Shown here: positions 12,501-23,900 of the stretch, piece by piece
Layout: every line of letters starts with the position of its first letter
Position numbering within the stretch: position 1 is the first letter of the stretch
Source: Antedon mediterranea
Lineage: Eukaryota > Animalia > Echinodermata
DNA length: 64,000 nucleotides
Direction: 5' to 3'
Assembly (NCBI RefSeq): GCF_964355755.1
Contig: NC_092679.1
Coordinates: 3,750,201-3,814,200, forward strand
The notes under the pieces: generated by a model
Database searches by the model: none
Seen by the model: the letters and a program-made list of their open reading frames with translations, nothing else
What the model was told of the DNA's origin: nothing
Made by a program: the position numbers and the translations under genes

Positions 12501-15500
12501 AACAGATTTAGAATTATTGGACAGTATACCATGCAGGACATTTGACACTGGCTTTGTATTCTATGTAAAGTCTGGACAGAGGACACCAAATGAAATACTA
12601 GCTAATGTGGTAAGAAAAATAGATCAGTTTCTGTACTGTACTGTAGCTAATAAGCTAGTTCATCTTCATTATTTATTATTATTATTACATTTATTTTCTC
12701 CACTCTTACACTATCAAACTAGTTTGACAAAAAAAGTGTGATGTGCCCAAAATATGGTAGTTATATGCCCAAATATGGTAGTGATATGACATCATCATGT
12801 CCATATATGGGCACATTTTTTTGTCACATAATGTTTGATAGTGTAGACAGAGCTTAACAAGTGATCTTTTCCTTTTTTCCTCTAATCCAATTTTCATTTC
12901 TTTGATATCATCTTTGGTCATCTTCTTACGCTTACCAACAACTTCTAAATTCCAAGCTCTCTTTTCTTGTTCCTCTTCATCTCTTAAAACATGTCAATCT
13001 AGAGTACAATTGTTTCCATCAAATTTTAATGTTGTGATATAATTATGATGATAGAATTTAATTGTTTTCCCTTTCTTCATGTTTTCTTCTACATCAGTTA
13101 TCCAGTGCAACAGTGCCCCCACACTTTCTGGAGTTTCTTAATAATCTCGGCTGGCCGGTTGACATAGCAACACATGCTGGATGGTCAGGTCATATCAGCA
13201 CAAGCTGGAAGATGGAAGATTCTGAGATCATTGGTTCAAGTTTTGGTAGTATGTTATTAACCTTCACTGTCACCATTTGTTTTCAAAGTACTTAAAGTTA
13301 GTGAAAATATTATCCAAGTTTGTTATTGCTAATTGCATGCTTGTATCGCCAACTATTTGTGTACCATGTTGGGCACTGTTATCCCCTGTTGTCAATAAAG
13401 AATAATAATAATAGGTATGGCTATAAAAAAGGAAGGTATAACTTGGTACTTAGTGCATTGATCCCTTTGCAGCTCAAAGGTGAAGCCTCAGAGCCAAAAT
13501 TTTCAAAAACGTAGAAAAGTGAGAAAACACAAGGGTGCATTAAAACGTGTGAATATAATAAATAAAGTATGTAGGTAAACATTAACTCCTAAATGTGATT
13601 ATTTCACATAGATATAGATGCATATGTAGATCATGGAGGCAGTCTGTACAATGGCCAGCATCAGGTTCTTTACTATGCTGACAGCACATCAGAAATGGCA
13701 TTTGTAGTTCCTTCGCAACGGGTCCACAGTCTTGATAGAAGCCATTCTGTCGAGGGTAAGCCTCAAATGTTATTATTGTCTTTTCTGTAAGAATTTTGTA
13801 TCATACTATAAGGCACTTTATTTAGTACCAAATGAACAGTTTCATTTACGATAGTTTATTGTTTATACATGGGCTTATTTTATACAAATATATCCGCCTT
13901 ATTTCAGCCCTTGATCAACCATCTGGTAAGCAAAACCTATCACCTTATGGATCCAAGAGTCTACCACTCTACCAAAATCCTCAGCAGAGACCTTTGACCC
14001 TTGACCTGCCTGTGGAGAATACAGCCCCAGCCCAGATCAGCCCTAGCCTAGACAAGAAGAGGAAGCTATCCACGAGAGCAGGCATGATTGGAGGTTCGCA
14101 TATGAAAGTGCTGGTTGTCTGCTTGGAGTGCTTGGCTGATGCAGACACATTCCCTATTAGTAAGTTATTTTATTTTTTATTTTCTGTTCGACAAACAGTG
14201 TTTTTAAAAGCATTTAATACCTTTAATATGTTATTATATTAGACTATTTACCCTCTAATAATAGATTAACTTAAATACATGTGGATTTATTTATAACCAT
14301 ACAGACTTTATTTTAATGCAGCCATTGAATTGTTGTCAGGCCCAGGGGTATTGTTTGATATCATGATAATCCATTTAAAATTGACTTCTTTTTATTGATA
14401 ATCTTCTCAAGATTTAAAACAACTTAAAGCAATTATGAAGAGTAACAGTAAACAGATTTCATATTTGAGTATCTCGGCCTATTGGCTTAAGACTTGGCTA
14501 CCCTTTCAGTGTAGACCTACAATTGCTTAGGAAAAATACATGTATTCATTATGTTTGTCTCAAGTAACAATAAACCATCTGTTTAAATTAGTTGTCATGT
14601 GCTATCAACATAGATAATACTAATACAGATAGCCAACCCTAGAGTATCTATCTAAGCCCACCTAAGAAAATCTATAAGCCCACCTAAGATAATCTATAAG
14701 CCCACCTAAGATAATATATAAGCCCACCTAAAAGATATAAGCCAACCTTAGAGAATCTACAGTATAAACCCACCATAGAGTATCAATAAGCCCACCATAG
14801 AGAATCTATAAGCCCACCTAAGAGGATGTACTGTATAAGCCCACCTAAGATAATCTATAAGCCCACCATAGAGTATTTATAAGACTAATGGTTACCCTAC
14901 TTCCAAATATTAGTTTTTCTACAATACAATTAATGTGTGTGATAGACATATAGAAACTTGTCCCTTTTACTCAGGGGGAGTAAATATGGTTTACTCATCT
15001 GAAATGTTCATCCTTTGTGAGACCAAAAGGAATTTAATAATACCACTGTTTTCACAGGTGAACTATTGACTGAAACCAGTACTGGCCTAGAATACCTGCA
15101 AGGCAGCAGTAGTAGCTCATTGAGGAGTGGACGAACCAACGATCAAGTGGCCATCATCTTTATACAGCCATTGAAGAGCGGCCTCTATAGGATACAGTTA
15201 CAAGGATCGTTAGTGAAACTTCTCTATCAGTTTTATCAGTCAAAATAATATGATTGTTTGTATTGGTGAATTAAGGTCAAAATATTAAATTTTAGATTAC
15301 ATTTCACAGAAATTGCTGAAGTATTCTCATTTTTCACCCACTTCTAACCAAATTAGAACTAATATAAATTCATTATTAAAGTGTCACCTGTATCATGCAC
15401 CTGTCTACATAGTAAATATTATATTATGAAAATTATTATTACATTGTCTAATATATGTATTTTTTTTGCAGTGCTTTAAACACTAACCCATTAGTTGATG

Positions 15501-15983
15501 GTATGGTTGTAAGTCGGCGTTCACTTGGTACTTTGGTGCGACAGACGTGTATTAATATATGCAATAGAAAACGGCTAGAATGTGATATGTACGTATAGAT
15601 AATTTTACATTTTGATAACTCCACCACAAAATAATATGATAAATTGAAAAACAGAAATTGTGAGTTTGAATTTTACACTGTTAGTTGCTTTATCCTTATT
15701 TCTGATGGCGATGGGTAAGTATTTCTTATTTTATACTGGTTAACCTCTTCAATAAAAAGTATATAAAAACACCAACACCTCTGTCAAAACTATGTAAATT
15801 AAAATAAATGTTTCTATATCTAACTATTGTAAATTTTGAAATGATTTATATTTTTATTTAATTTTATTTTCAAGGCATTGTCCGCCTCATGTTAAACGAC
15901 GTCAAAAGATACAGGAAATGGTGAATAAATATCGCAGGCGTTTGACGTCGCCTCAATTTTACACGCACCTTTTTATGGACTGA
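268..15983 (+). CDS. RALGAPB: Ral GTPase-activating protein subunit beta, multi-exon gene, 5' exons outside window
   Basis: GT-AG exons join in consistent phase into one frame with recognisable RALGAPB motifs: [118 protein letters not shown]. Stop TGA at 15981-15983. Confidence 0.93.
850..1203 (+). CDS. RALGAPB: RALGAPB exon (GEADRG...[13 protein letters not shown]...SPH)
   Basis: catag acceptor, gtatgt donor, phase 1-1. Confidence 0.85.
3133..3141 (+). CDS. RALGAPB: Candidate 9-nt RALGAPB microexon (A-S-M)
   Basis: tttttttctgcttctgttcttcag|CATCTATGG|gtgagt; frame-preserving inside a phase-1 intron. Confidence 0.6.
3903..4455. repeat. 18-bp minisatellite (GCCCAGGGTAAGCTTATT)
   Basis: About 30 tandem copies in a RALGAPB intron. 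Confidence 0.95.
4562..4869 (+). CDS. RALGAPB: RALGAPB exon (GRLAKE...[16 protein letters not shown]...KIDE)
   Basis: ttattag acceptor, gtatct donor. Confidence 0.88.
4977..5190. mobile_element. ~210-bp dispersed foldback repeat, copy 1
   Basis: Outer arms gcaatctaacaacagga..ctgagct / agctcag..tcctgttgttaaattgc; inner arms tggctgcgaca / tgtcgcagcca; homologous to 54537-54743. Confidence 0.7.
5299..5441 (+). CDS. RALGAPB: RALGAPB exon ([14 protein letters not shown]...DLKGV...ELKF)
   Basis: poly-T ag acceptor, gtgagt donor. Confidence 0.88.
5614..5711 (+). CDS. RALGAPB: RALGAPB exon ([19 protein letters not shown])
   Basis: ttcag / gtaagt, phases match neighbouring exons. Confidence 0.88.
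5823..5975 (+). CDS. RALGAPB: RALGAPB exon ([30 protein letters not shown])
   Basis: tttag / gtaagg. Confidence 0.88.
5991..6102. mobile_element. MITE family A, partial
   Basis: Internal catgtccatatatggcacat core plus right TIR agtgtagacagagct. Confidence 0.7.
6142..6229 (+). CDS. RALGAPB: RALGAPB exon ([14 protein letters not shown]...)
   Basis: tttttag / gtatga. Confidence 0.8.
6327..6394 (+). CDS. RALGAPB: RALGAPB exon ([14 protein letters not shown]...)
   Basis: gatcag / gtaaga; needed to restore phase 2 to 1. Confidence 0.7.
7007..7075 (+). CDS. RALGAPB: Probable (possibly alternative) RALGAPB exon ([22 protein letters not shown])
   Basis: Strong tttttatttacag acceptor and GC-rich open frame; donor uncertain (7075, or in-phase alternatives up to 7117); phase 1-1. 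Confidence 0.5.
8162..8314 (+). CDS. RALGAPB: RALGAPB exon (CTHLVCQRL...[13 protein letters not shown])
   Basis: aacag / gttggt. Confidence 0.85.
8537..8784. mobile_element. ~140-bp MITE family A (PIF/Harbinger-like), interrupted by HINE
   Basis: TIR agctctgtttacact...agtgtagacagagct. Confidence 0.78.
8641..8750 (+). mobile_element. Minimal ~110-bp HINE nested in a MITE
   Basis: subTIRs agtcgcatgc (8643) and gcacgcgact (8718), (GTCG)n, 3' hairpin gccatgtatatggc, inserted in a T-run of the MITE. Confidence 0.7.
8846..9012 (+). CDS. RALGAPB: RALGAPB exon ([10 protein letters not shown]...[14 protein letters not shown]...DK)
   Basis: ttcag / gtactt. Confidence 0.9.
9298..9895 (-). mobile_element. 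Non-autonomous Helentron-type element (HINE)
   Basis: Minus strand starts ttattacctccgccaaggaggttatgtttt followed by a (TG)n tract and internal tandem repeats; ends cggaggtttgtactcttggagtaccctctagtt (subTIR, hairpin, CTAG). Confidence 0.78.
10185..10355 (+). CDS. RALGAPB: RALGAPB exon ([19 protein letters not shown]...[11 protein letters not shown])
   Basis: poly-T gtag / gtaaat. Confidence 0.9.
10853..11021 (+). CDS. RALGAPB: RALGAPB exon ([11 protein letters not shown]...[18 protein letters not shown])
   Basis: tttttag / gtatgt. Confidence 0.88.
11050..11177. mobile_element. MITE family A
   Basis: Both TIRs present. Confidence 0.78.
11341..11432 (+). CDS. RALGAPB: RALGAPB exon ([16 protein letters not shown])
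   Basis: ttccag / gtaaga. Confidence 0.88.
11532..11656 (+). CDS. RALGAPB: RALGAPB exon ([11 protein letters not shown]...[10 protein letters not shown])
   Basis: tttag / gtaagt. Confidence 0.85.
12002..12254 (+). CDS. RALGAPB: RALGAPB exon (DRSIPT...[15 protein letters not shown]...LK)
   Basis: catag / gtaagt. Confidence 0.88.
12436..12609 (+). CDS. RALGAPB: RALGAPB exon (EPANSSVPP...[15 protein letters not shown]...ILANV), start of RapGAP-like domain
   Basis: accag / gtaaga. Confidence 0.9.
12708..12854. mobile_element. MITE family A
   Basis: tacactatcaaac...gtttgatagtgtagacagagct. Confidence 0.75.
13098..13248 (+). CDS. RALGAPB: RALGAPB exon ([14 protein letters not shown]...[12 protein letters not shown])
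   Basis: catcag acceptor; donor at 13248 (gtatgt) or 13245. Confidence 0.85.
13612..13755 (+). CDS. RALGAPB: RALGAPB exon ([27 protein letters not shown])
   Basis: catag / gtaagc. Confidence 0.88.
13908..14159 (+). CDS. RALGAPB: RALGAPB exon (...PLTLDLP...KVLVVCLE...FPI)
   Basis: ttcag / gtaagt. Confidence 0.85.
14636..14885. repeat. ~22-bp minisatellite (TATAAGCCCACCTAAGATAATC)
   Basis: Tandem degenerate copies. Confidence 0.9.
15058..15208 (+). CDS. RALGAPB: RALGAPB exon ([11 protein letters not shown]...[18 protein letters not shown])
   Basis: ttcacag / gttagt. Confidence 0.88.
15472..15588 (+). CDS. RALGAPB: RALGAPB exon ([25 protein letters not shown])
   Basis: tttgcag / gtacgt. Confidence 0.9.
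15875..15983 (+). CDS. RALGAPB: RALGAPB last coding exon ([19 protein letters not shown]...FMD*)
   Basis: ttcaag acceptor, TGA stop at 15981-15983. Confidence 0.9.
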
Positions 15984-16250
15984 CAGTTTGGATGTAAATT
16001 CTGCAAATTGGATAGACTAGATGATGAGGTGATTGCTTGTCTGCAAGTGAGAGGAAAAGTTGGTAATATATTTGAGAAAAAAAAGTGTCTTTTGAAGAAT
16101 CAGTTCCAGTTCTAAAGTAGAATTCCGGTGAAAATTCAGAGGACATCCCTGTCAAGTGCATATCCTTTGTAGAGGAGATACTTCTATTTAGTGGCTATCC
16201 CTACCTTAGTCTATGTTCTAGACAGCAATTTACTTAATGTTGATAAAAAG

Positions 16251-16256
16251 AATAAA
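16251..16256 (+). promoter_or_regulatory. Candidate polyadenylation signal for RALGAPB
   Basis: First AATAAA downstream of the stop codon; the AT-rich context makes it weak evidence. Confidence 0.3.
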
Positions 16257-16424
16257 CATTTTACCATGTTATATATATATATATACTTGATCTGGAATCA
16301 TTGTGAACAAAATTCACAACGCGGCACTCGTAAAGAATTATCAACATAAAGAGAAACAATAATTAGAGGCAAGTCTACCCCTGTAGATATGTATAAATAT
16401 GAATGTACTTAATAATATTGTTTA

Positions 16425-16696
16425 ATATAATCCCATGAGTATAATCCCATGCTCAAGTATAATCCCATGCTCGAGTGTAATCCTATGCTCGAGTGTAATC
16501 CCATGCTCGAGTGTAATCCCATGCTCGAGTGTAATCCCATGCTCGAGTGTAATCCCATGCTCGAGTGTAATCGCATTCTCGAGTGTCATCCCATTCTCGA
16601 GTGTAATCGCATTCTCGAGTGTAATCGCATTCTCGAGTGTCATCCCATTCTCGAGTGTAATCCCATACTCCCAAGTATAATCCCATGCTCGAGTAT
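16425..16696. repeat. 18-bp minisatellite (TAATCCCATGCTCGAGTG)
   Basis: About 15 copies downstream of RALGAPB; two more at 17390-17422. Confidence 0.93.
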
Positions 16697-17519
16697 CCCA
16701 CCCATTTTAGGCTATATTCATTCAAGCACAAGACTTTGGTAAATCCACTGCCTCAACCCTCTCATTTTTGTTTGATTTGTTGAATTTTTGAACCAAGCCC
16801 TCTAAACTAAATTCTCTTTTCTCAATGACGATAATGAAAATAATTGTTAAATGTAATCAAATTGAGAGGAACTATACTCGGTGATAAAGGGTAGTGGTAA
16901 CATTAATTGTTATAATATTGATTATGAACATACTGATAATGAATATAATATTAATTTAAAGTTTTTATCTGGAACAAAATAATGTTGTTTATTGATCTAA
17001 ACAATTGTTATGTAAATAAAATCACATGATCACATCAATGTATGTTGAATGGTTTGAATGCTACGACACATTCGGTCGTTCATTGTGAAAACTCTGGCTT
17101 TAATTAGTTTACTCACATAATACTATTAATATTAATTTATTATATAATTATGAATATTAAGCATTTTAAATTAATTTGTATTGTTTTATAATTGTGTATT
17201 ATCAAGTCAGCTATGTTAAAATGTATATATTACATACCTCATTTAATTCAAATCGTGTATATTTCCGATATCAATAAATGGAAATATTTTTGTCAGAATA
17301 AATTAACTTTTTTTCAAATAAACAAATTTGTCGATTTGTCGTTATACATGTCGATATTTGGCCATTTTTTGAAAATTTCCCTGTTTAATATAATCCCATG
17401 CTCGAGTGTAATCCCATGCTAGTAATTTTTTCGAAAAATGGCCTAAGTAGCCACTTTTTTTTAAATTCAACTATTATGCGAAAATAGTGCCATATATTGT
17501 GTTATCATCATCTTATAGA

Positions 17520-17966
17520 GCCATAGTAACTATAGTTATGTCAAAAAATAAAAAGTTCGAAATTTGGTCAATTTTCGAAAAATTTCCCTGTACTATAGTA
17601 CTACATAATTGACATGCGCAGAACCCGATATTCGACTGCGCATGTTTATTATGCTAAAGTAACTATTTATGTCAAAAAATAAAAGGGTCGAAAAATGGCA
17701 ATTTTTCGAAAATTTCCCTGTACTTTAGTACAGGGATTTTTTCAAAAAATAGCCAAATTTCGACCTTTTTATTTTCCGATAAAACTGTTTACTATAGCAT
17801 AATTTACATGCGCAGAACCCAATATTCGACTCTGCGCATGTTTATTATGTTATAGTAACTATTTATGTCGTAAAATAAAAGGGTCGAAAAATGGCAATTT
17901 TTCGAAAATTTCCCTGTACTATAGTACACAGATTTTTCAAAAAAAAAGCCAAATTTCGACCTTTTT
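17520..17966. repeat. Palindromic ~190-bp tandem repeat (left flank of satellite)
   Basis: Units with ccctgtactatagtacaggg and gttactatagcataattgacatgcgcaga-N14-tctgcgcatgtttattatgctatagtaac. Confidence 0.88.
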
Positions 17967-20900
17967 ATTGACTTAGTCGATTGACTGATTGATTGATTGA
18001 CTTAGGCGATTAACTGATTGATTGATTGACTTAGGCGATTAACTGATTGATTGACTAAGGCGATTGATTGACTTAGGCGATTGACTGATTTATTGACTTA
18101 GGCGATTGATTGACTGATTGACTTAGGCAATTGATTGACTTAGGCGATTGACTGATTGATTGACTTAGGCGATTGATTGACTTAGGCGATTGACTGACTG
18201 ACTGACTTAGGCGATTGACTGACTGACTTAGGCGATTGACTGACTGAGGCAATTGACTGACTGAGGCGATTGACTGACTGAGGCGATTGACTGACTGACT
18301 GACTTAGGCGATTGACTGACTGAGGCGATTGACTGATTTATTGACTTAGGCGATTGATTGACTGATTGACTTAGGCAATTGATTGACTTAGGCGATTGAC
18401 TGATTGACTGACTTAGACGATTGACTGACTGACTGACTTAGGCGATTGACTGACTGACTGACTTAGGCGATTGACTGACTTAGGCGATTGACTGATTTAC
18501 TGACTGGCTGACTTAGGCGATTGATTGACTTAATGACGATTAACTGATTTATTGACATAGGCGATTGATTGACTTAGGCGATTGACTGATTGACTGACTT
18601 AGGCGATTGACTGACTGACTGACTTAGGCGATTGACTGACTGACTGACTTAGGCGATTGACTGACTGAGGCGATTGACTGACTGAGGCGATTGACTGACT
18701 GACTGACTTAGGCGATTGACTGACTGAGGCGATTGACTGACTTAGGTGATTGACTGACTTAGACGATTGACTGACTGACTGACTTAGGCGATTGACTGAC
18801 TGACTGACTTAGGCGATTGACTGACTTAGGCGATTGACTGATTGACTGACTGGCTGACTTAGACGATTGATTGACTTAATTACTGACTTAGGCGATTGAT
18901 TGACTGACTGACTTAGGCGATTGACTGACTTGGGCGATTGACTGATTGACTGACTGGCTGACTTAGGCGATTGATTGACTTAATGACTAACTTAGGCGAT
19001 TGATTGATTGACTGACTGACTTAGGGGATTGACAGATTGACTGACTGACTGACTTAGGCGATTGACTGACTGACTTAGGCGATTGACTGACTTAGGCGAT
19101 TGATTGATTGACTGACTGACTTAGGCGATTGACTGACTGACTTAGGCAATTGACTGACTGACTGACTTAGGCGATTGACTGACTGACTTAGGCAATTGAT
19201 TGACTGACTGACTTAGGCGATTTACTGACTATCTTAGGCGATTGATTGACTGACTGACTGACTTAGGCGATTGATTGACTGACTGACTCTGCGCATGTTT
19301 ATTATGCTATAGTAACTATTTATGTCACAAAATAAAAGGGTCGATTGACTTGATTGATTGACTTAGGCGATTGACTGATTGATTGATTGACTTAGGCGAT
19401 TGACTGATTGATTCATTGATTGACTTAGGCGATTAACTGATTGATTGATTGACTTAGGCAATTGACTGATTGATTGACTAAGGCGATTGATTGACTTAGG
19501 CGATTGACTGATTGATTGAATTAGGCGATTGATTGACTGATTGACTTAGGCAATTGATTGACTTAGGCGATTGACTGATTGACTGACTTAGGCGATTGAT
19601 TGACTTAGACGATTGACTGACTGACTGACTTAGGCGATTGACTGACTGACTGACTTAGGCGATTGACTGACTTAGGCGATTGACTGATTGACTGACTGGC
19701 TGACTTAGGCGATTGATTGACTTAATTACTGACTTAGGCGATTGATTGACTGACTGACTTAGGCGATTGACTGACTTGGGCGATTGACTGATTGACTGAC
19801 TGGCTGACTTAGGCGATTGATTGACTTAATGACTAACTTAGGCGATTGATTGATTGACTGACTGACTTAGGGGATTGACAGATTGACTGACTGACTGACT
19901 TAGGCGATTGACTGACTGACTTAGGCGATTGACTGACTTAGGCGATTGATTGATTGACTGACTGACTTAGGCGATTGACTGACTGACTTAGGCAATTGAC
20001 TGACTGACTGACTTAGGCGATTGACTGACTGACTTAGGCAATTGATTGACTGACTGACTTAGGCGATTTACTGACTATCTTAGGCGATTGATTGACTGAC
20101 TGACTGACTTAGGCGATTGATTGACTGACTGACTCTGCGCATGTTTATTATGCTATAGTAACTATTTATGTCACAAAATAAAAGGGTCGATTGACTTGAT
20201 TGATTGACTTAGGCGATTGACTGATTGATTGATTGACTTAGGCGATTGACTGATTGATTCATTGATTGACTTAGGCGATTAACTGATTGATTGATTGACT
20301 TAGGCAATTGACTGATTGATTGACTAAGGCGATTGATTGACTTAGGCGATTGACTGATTGATTGAATTAGGCGATTGATTGACTGATTGACTTAGGCAAT
20401 TGATTGACTTAGGCGATTGACTGATTGACTGACTTAGGCGATTGATTGACTTAGACGATTGACTGACTGACTGACTTAGGCGATTGACTGACTGACTGAC
20501 TTAGGCGATTGACTGACTTAGGCGATTGATTGACTGACTGACTTAGGCGATTGACTGACTTGGGCGATTGACTGATTGACTGACTGGCTGACTTAGGCGA
20601 TTGATTGACTTAATGACTAACTTAGGCGATTGATTGATTGACTGACTGACTTAGGGGATTGACAGATTGACTGACTGACTGACTTAGGCGATTGACTGAC
20701 TGACTTAGGCGATTGACTGACTTAGGCGATTGATTGATTGACTGACTGACTTAGGCGATTGACTGACTGACTTAGGCAATTGACTGACTGACTGACTTAG
20801 GCGATTGACTGACTAACTTAGGCAATTGATTGACTGACTGACTTAGGCGATTTACTGACTATCTTAGGCGATTGATTGACTGACTGACTGACTTAGGCGA

Positions 20901-23900
20901 TTGATTGACTGACTGACTCTGCGCATGTTTATTATGCTATAGTAACTATTTATGTCACAAAATAAAAGGGTCGATTGACTTGATTGATTGACTTAGGCGA
21001 TTGACTGATTGATTGATTGACTTAGGCGATTGACTGATTGATTCATTGATTGACTTAGGCGATTAACTGATTGATTGATTGACTTAGGCAATTGACTGAT
21101 TGATTGACTAAGGCGATTGATTGACTTAGGCGATTGACTGATTGATTGAATTAGGCGATTGATTGACTGATTGACTTAGGCAATTGATTGACTTAGTCGA
21201 TTGACTGATTGACTGACTTAGGCGATTGATTGACTTAGACGATTGACTGACTGACTGACTTAGGCGATTGACTGACTGACTGACTTAGGCGATTGACTGA
21301 CTTAGGCGATTGACTGATTGACTGACTGGCTGACTTAGGCGATTGATTGACTTAATTACTGACTTAGGCGATTGATTGACTGACTGACTTAGGCGATTGA
21401 CTGACTTGGGCGATTGACTGATTGACTGACTGGCTGACTTAGGCGATTGATTGACTTAATGACTAACTTAGGCGATTGATTGATTGACTGACTGACTTAG
21501 GGGATTGACAGATTGACTGACTGACTGACTTAGGCGATTGACTGACTGACTTAGGCGATTGACTGACTTAGGCGATTGATTGATTGACTGACTGACTTAG
21601 GCGATTGACTGACTGACTTAGGCAATTGACTGACTGACTGACTTAGGCGATTGACTGACTGACTTAGGCAATTGATTGACTGACTGACTTAGGCGATTTA
21701 CTGACTATCTTAGGCGATTGATTGTCTGACTGACTGACTTAGGCGATTGATTGACTGACTGACTCTGCGCATGTTTATTATGCTATAGTAACTATTTATG
21801 TCACAAAATAAAAGGGTCGATTGACTTGATTGATTGACTTAGGCGATTGACTGATTGATTGATTGACTTAGGCGATTGACTGATTGATTCATTGATTGAC
21901 TTAGGCGATTAACTGATTGATTGATTGACTTAGGCAATTGACTGATTGATTGACTAAGGCGATTGATTGACTTAGGCGATTGACTGATTGATTGAATTAG
22001 GCGATTGATTGACTGATTGACTTAGGCAATTGATTGACTTAGGCGATTGACTGATTGACTGACTTAGGCGATTGATTGACTTAGGCAATTGACTGACTGA
22101 CTGACTTAGGCGATTGACTGACTGACTTAGGCGATTGACTGACTTAGGCGATTGATTGACTGACTGATTTAGGCGATTGACTGACTGACTTAGGCAATTG
22201 ACCGACTGACTGACTTAGGCGATTGACTGACTGACTTAGGCGATTGATTGACTGACTTAGGCCATTGATTGATTGACTGACTGACTTAGGCGATTGATTG
22301 ACTGACTGACTGACTGACTCTGCGCATGTTTATCAATTCAATTCAATTCAATTCAATTAAAACTTTATTATCCCCATGGGGAAACTCTGTTGGCCTTTTC
22401 AAAAATACAGTACATACAAATATAAAATGGATACAGTACATAAAATATAAAATACGATAAAAAAAACCATACAAAATATACATATAAAATCCTAAAAAGT
22501 CGATTAAAATACTACAAAAAATAAAACTAGCGCATATCATGCTATAGTAACTATTTATGTCAAAAAATAAAAGGGTCGATTGACTGATTGACTGACTTAG
22601 GCGATTGATTGATTGAATGACTGACTGACTGACTGACTTAGGTGATAGACTGACTGACTGACTGACTTAGGCAATTGATTGACTTAGGCGATTGACTGAT
22701 TGATTGACTTAGGCGATTGACTGATTGACTGACTTAGGCGATTGACTGACTTAGGCGATTGATTGACTGACTGACTTAGGCGATTGACTGACTGACTTAG
22801 GCAATTGACTGACTGACTGACTTAGGCGATTGACTGACTGACTTAGGCGATTGATTGACTGACTGACTTAGGCGATTGACTAACTGACTTAGGCGATTGA
22901 CTGACTGACTGACTTAGGCGATTGATTGACTGACTGACTGACTCTGCGCATGTTTATTATGCTATAGTAACTATTTATGTCAAAAAATAAAAGGGTCGAT
23001 TGACTTGATTGATTGACTCAGGCGATTGACTGATTGATTGATTGATTGACTTAGGCGATTGACTGATTGATTGATTGACTTAGGCGATTAACTGATTGAT
23101 TGATTGAATTAGGCAATTGACTGATTGATTGACTAAGGCGATTGATTGACTTAGGCGATTGACTGATTGATTGAATTAGGCGATTGATTGACTGATTGAC
23201 TTAGGCAATTGATTGACTTAGGCGATTGACTGATTGATTGACTTAGGCGATTAACTGATTGATTGATTGACTTAGGCAATTGACTGATTGATTGACTAAG
23301 GTGATTGATTGACTTAGGTGATTGACTGATTGATTGAATTAGGCGATTGATTGACTGATTTACTTAGGCAATTGATTGACTTAGGCGATTGACTGATTGA
23401 TTTACTTAGGCGATTGATTGACTTAGGCGATTGACTGATTGACTGACTTAGGCGATTGATTGATTGAATGACTGACTGACTGACTGACTTAGGTGATAGA
23501 CTGACTGACTGACTGACTTAGGCAATTGATTGACTTAGGCGATTGACTGATTGATTGACTTAGGCGATTGACTGATTGACTGACTTAGGCGATTGACTGA
23601 CTTAGGCGATTGATTGACTGACTGACTTAGGCGATTGACTGACTGACTTAGGCAATTGACTGACTGACTGACTGACTTAGGCGATTGACTGACTGACTTA
23701 GGCGATTGATTGACTGACTGACTTAGGCGATTGACTGACTGACTTAGGCAATTGACTGACTGACTGACTTAGGCGATTGATTGACTGACTGACTGACTCT
23801 GCGCATGTTTATTATGCTATAGTAACTATTTATGTCAAAAAATAAAAGGGTCGATTGACTTGATTGATTGACTTAGGCGATTGACTGATTGATTGATTGA

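Noticed and set aside
16422-16742. Overlapping repetitive ORFs (LECNPM, DYTRAW)
   Set aside because: 18-bp minisatellite artefact.
19287-23855. CRISPR-like regularly spaced repeats
   Set aside because: Eukaryotic DNA; the intervening sequences are ~800-bp near-identical satellite rather than unique spacers; no cas genes.
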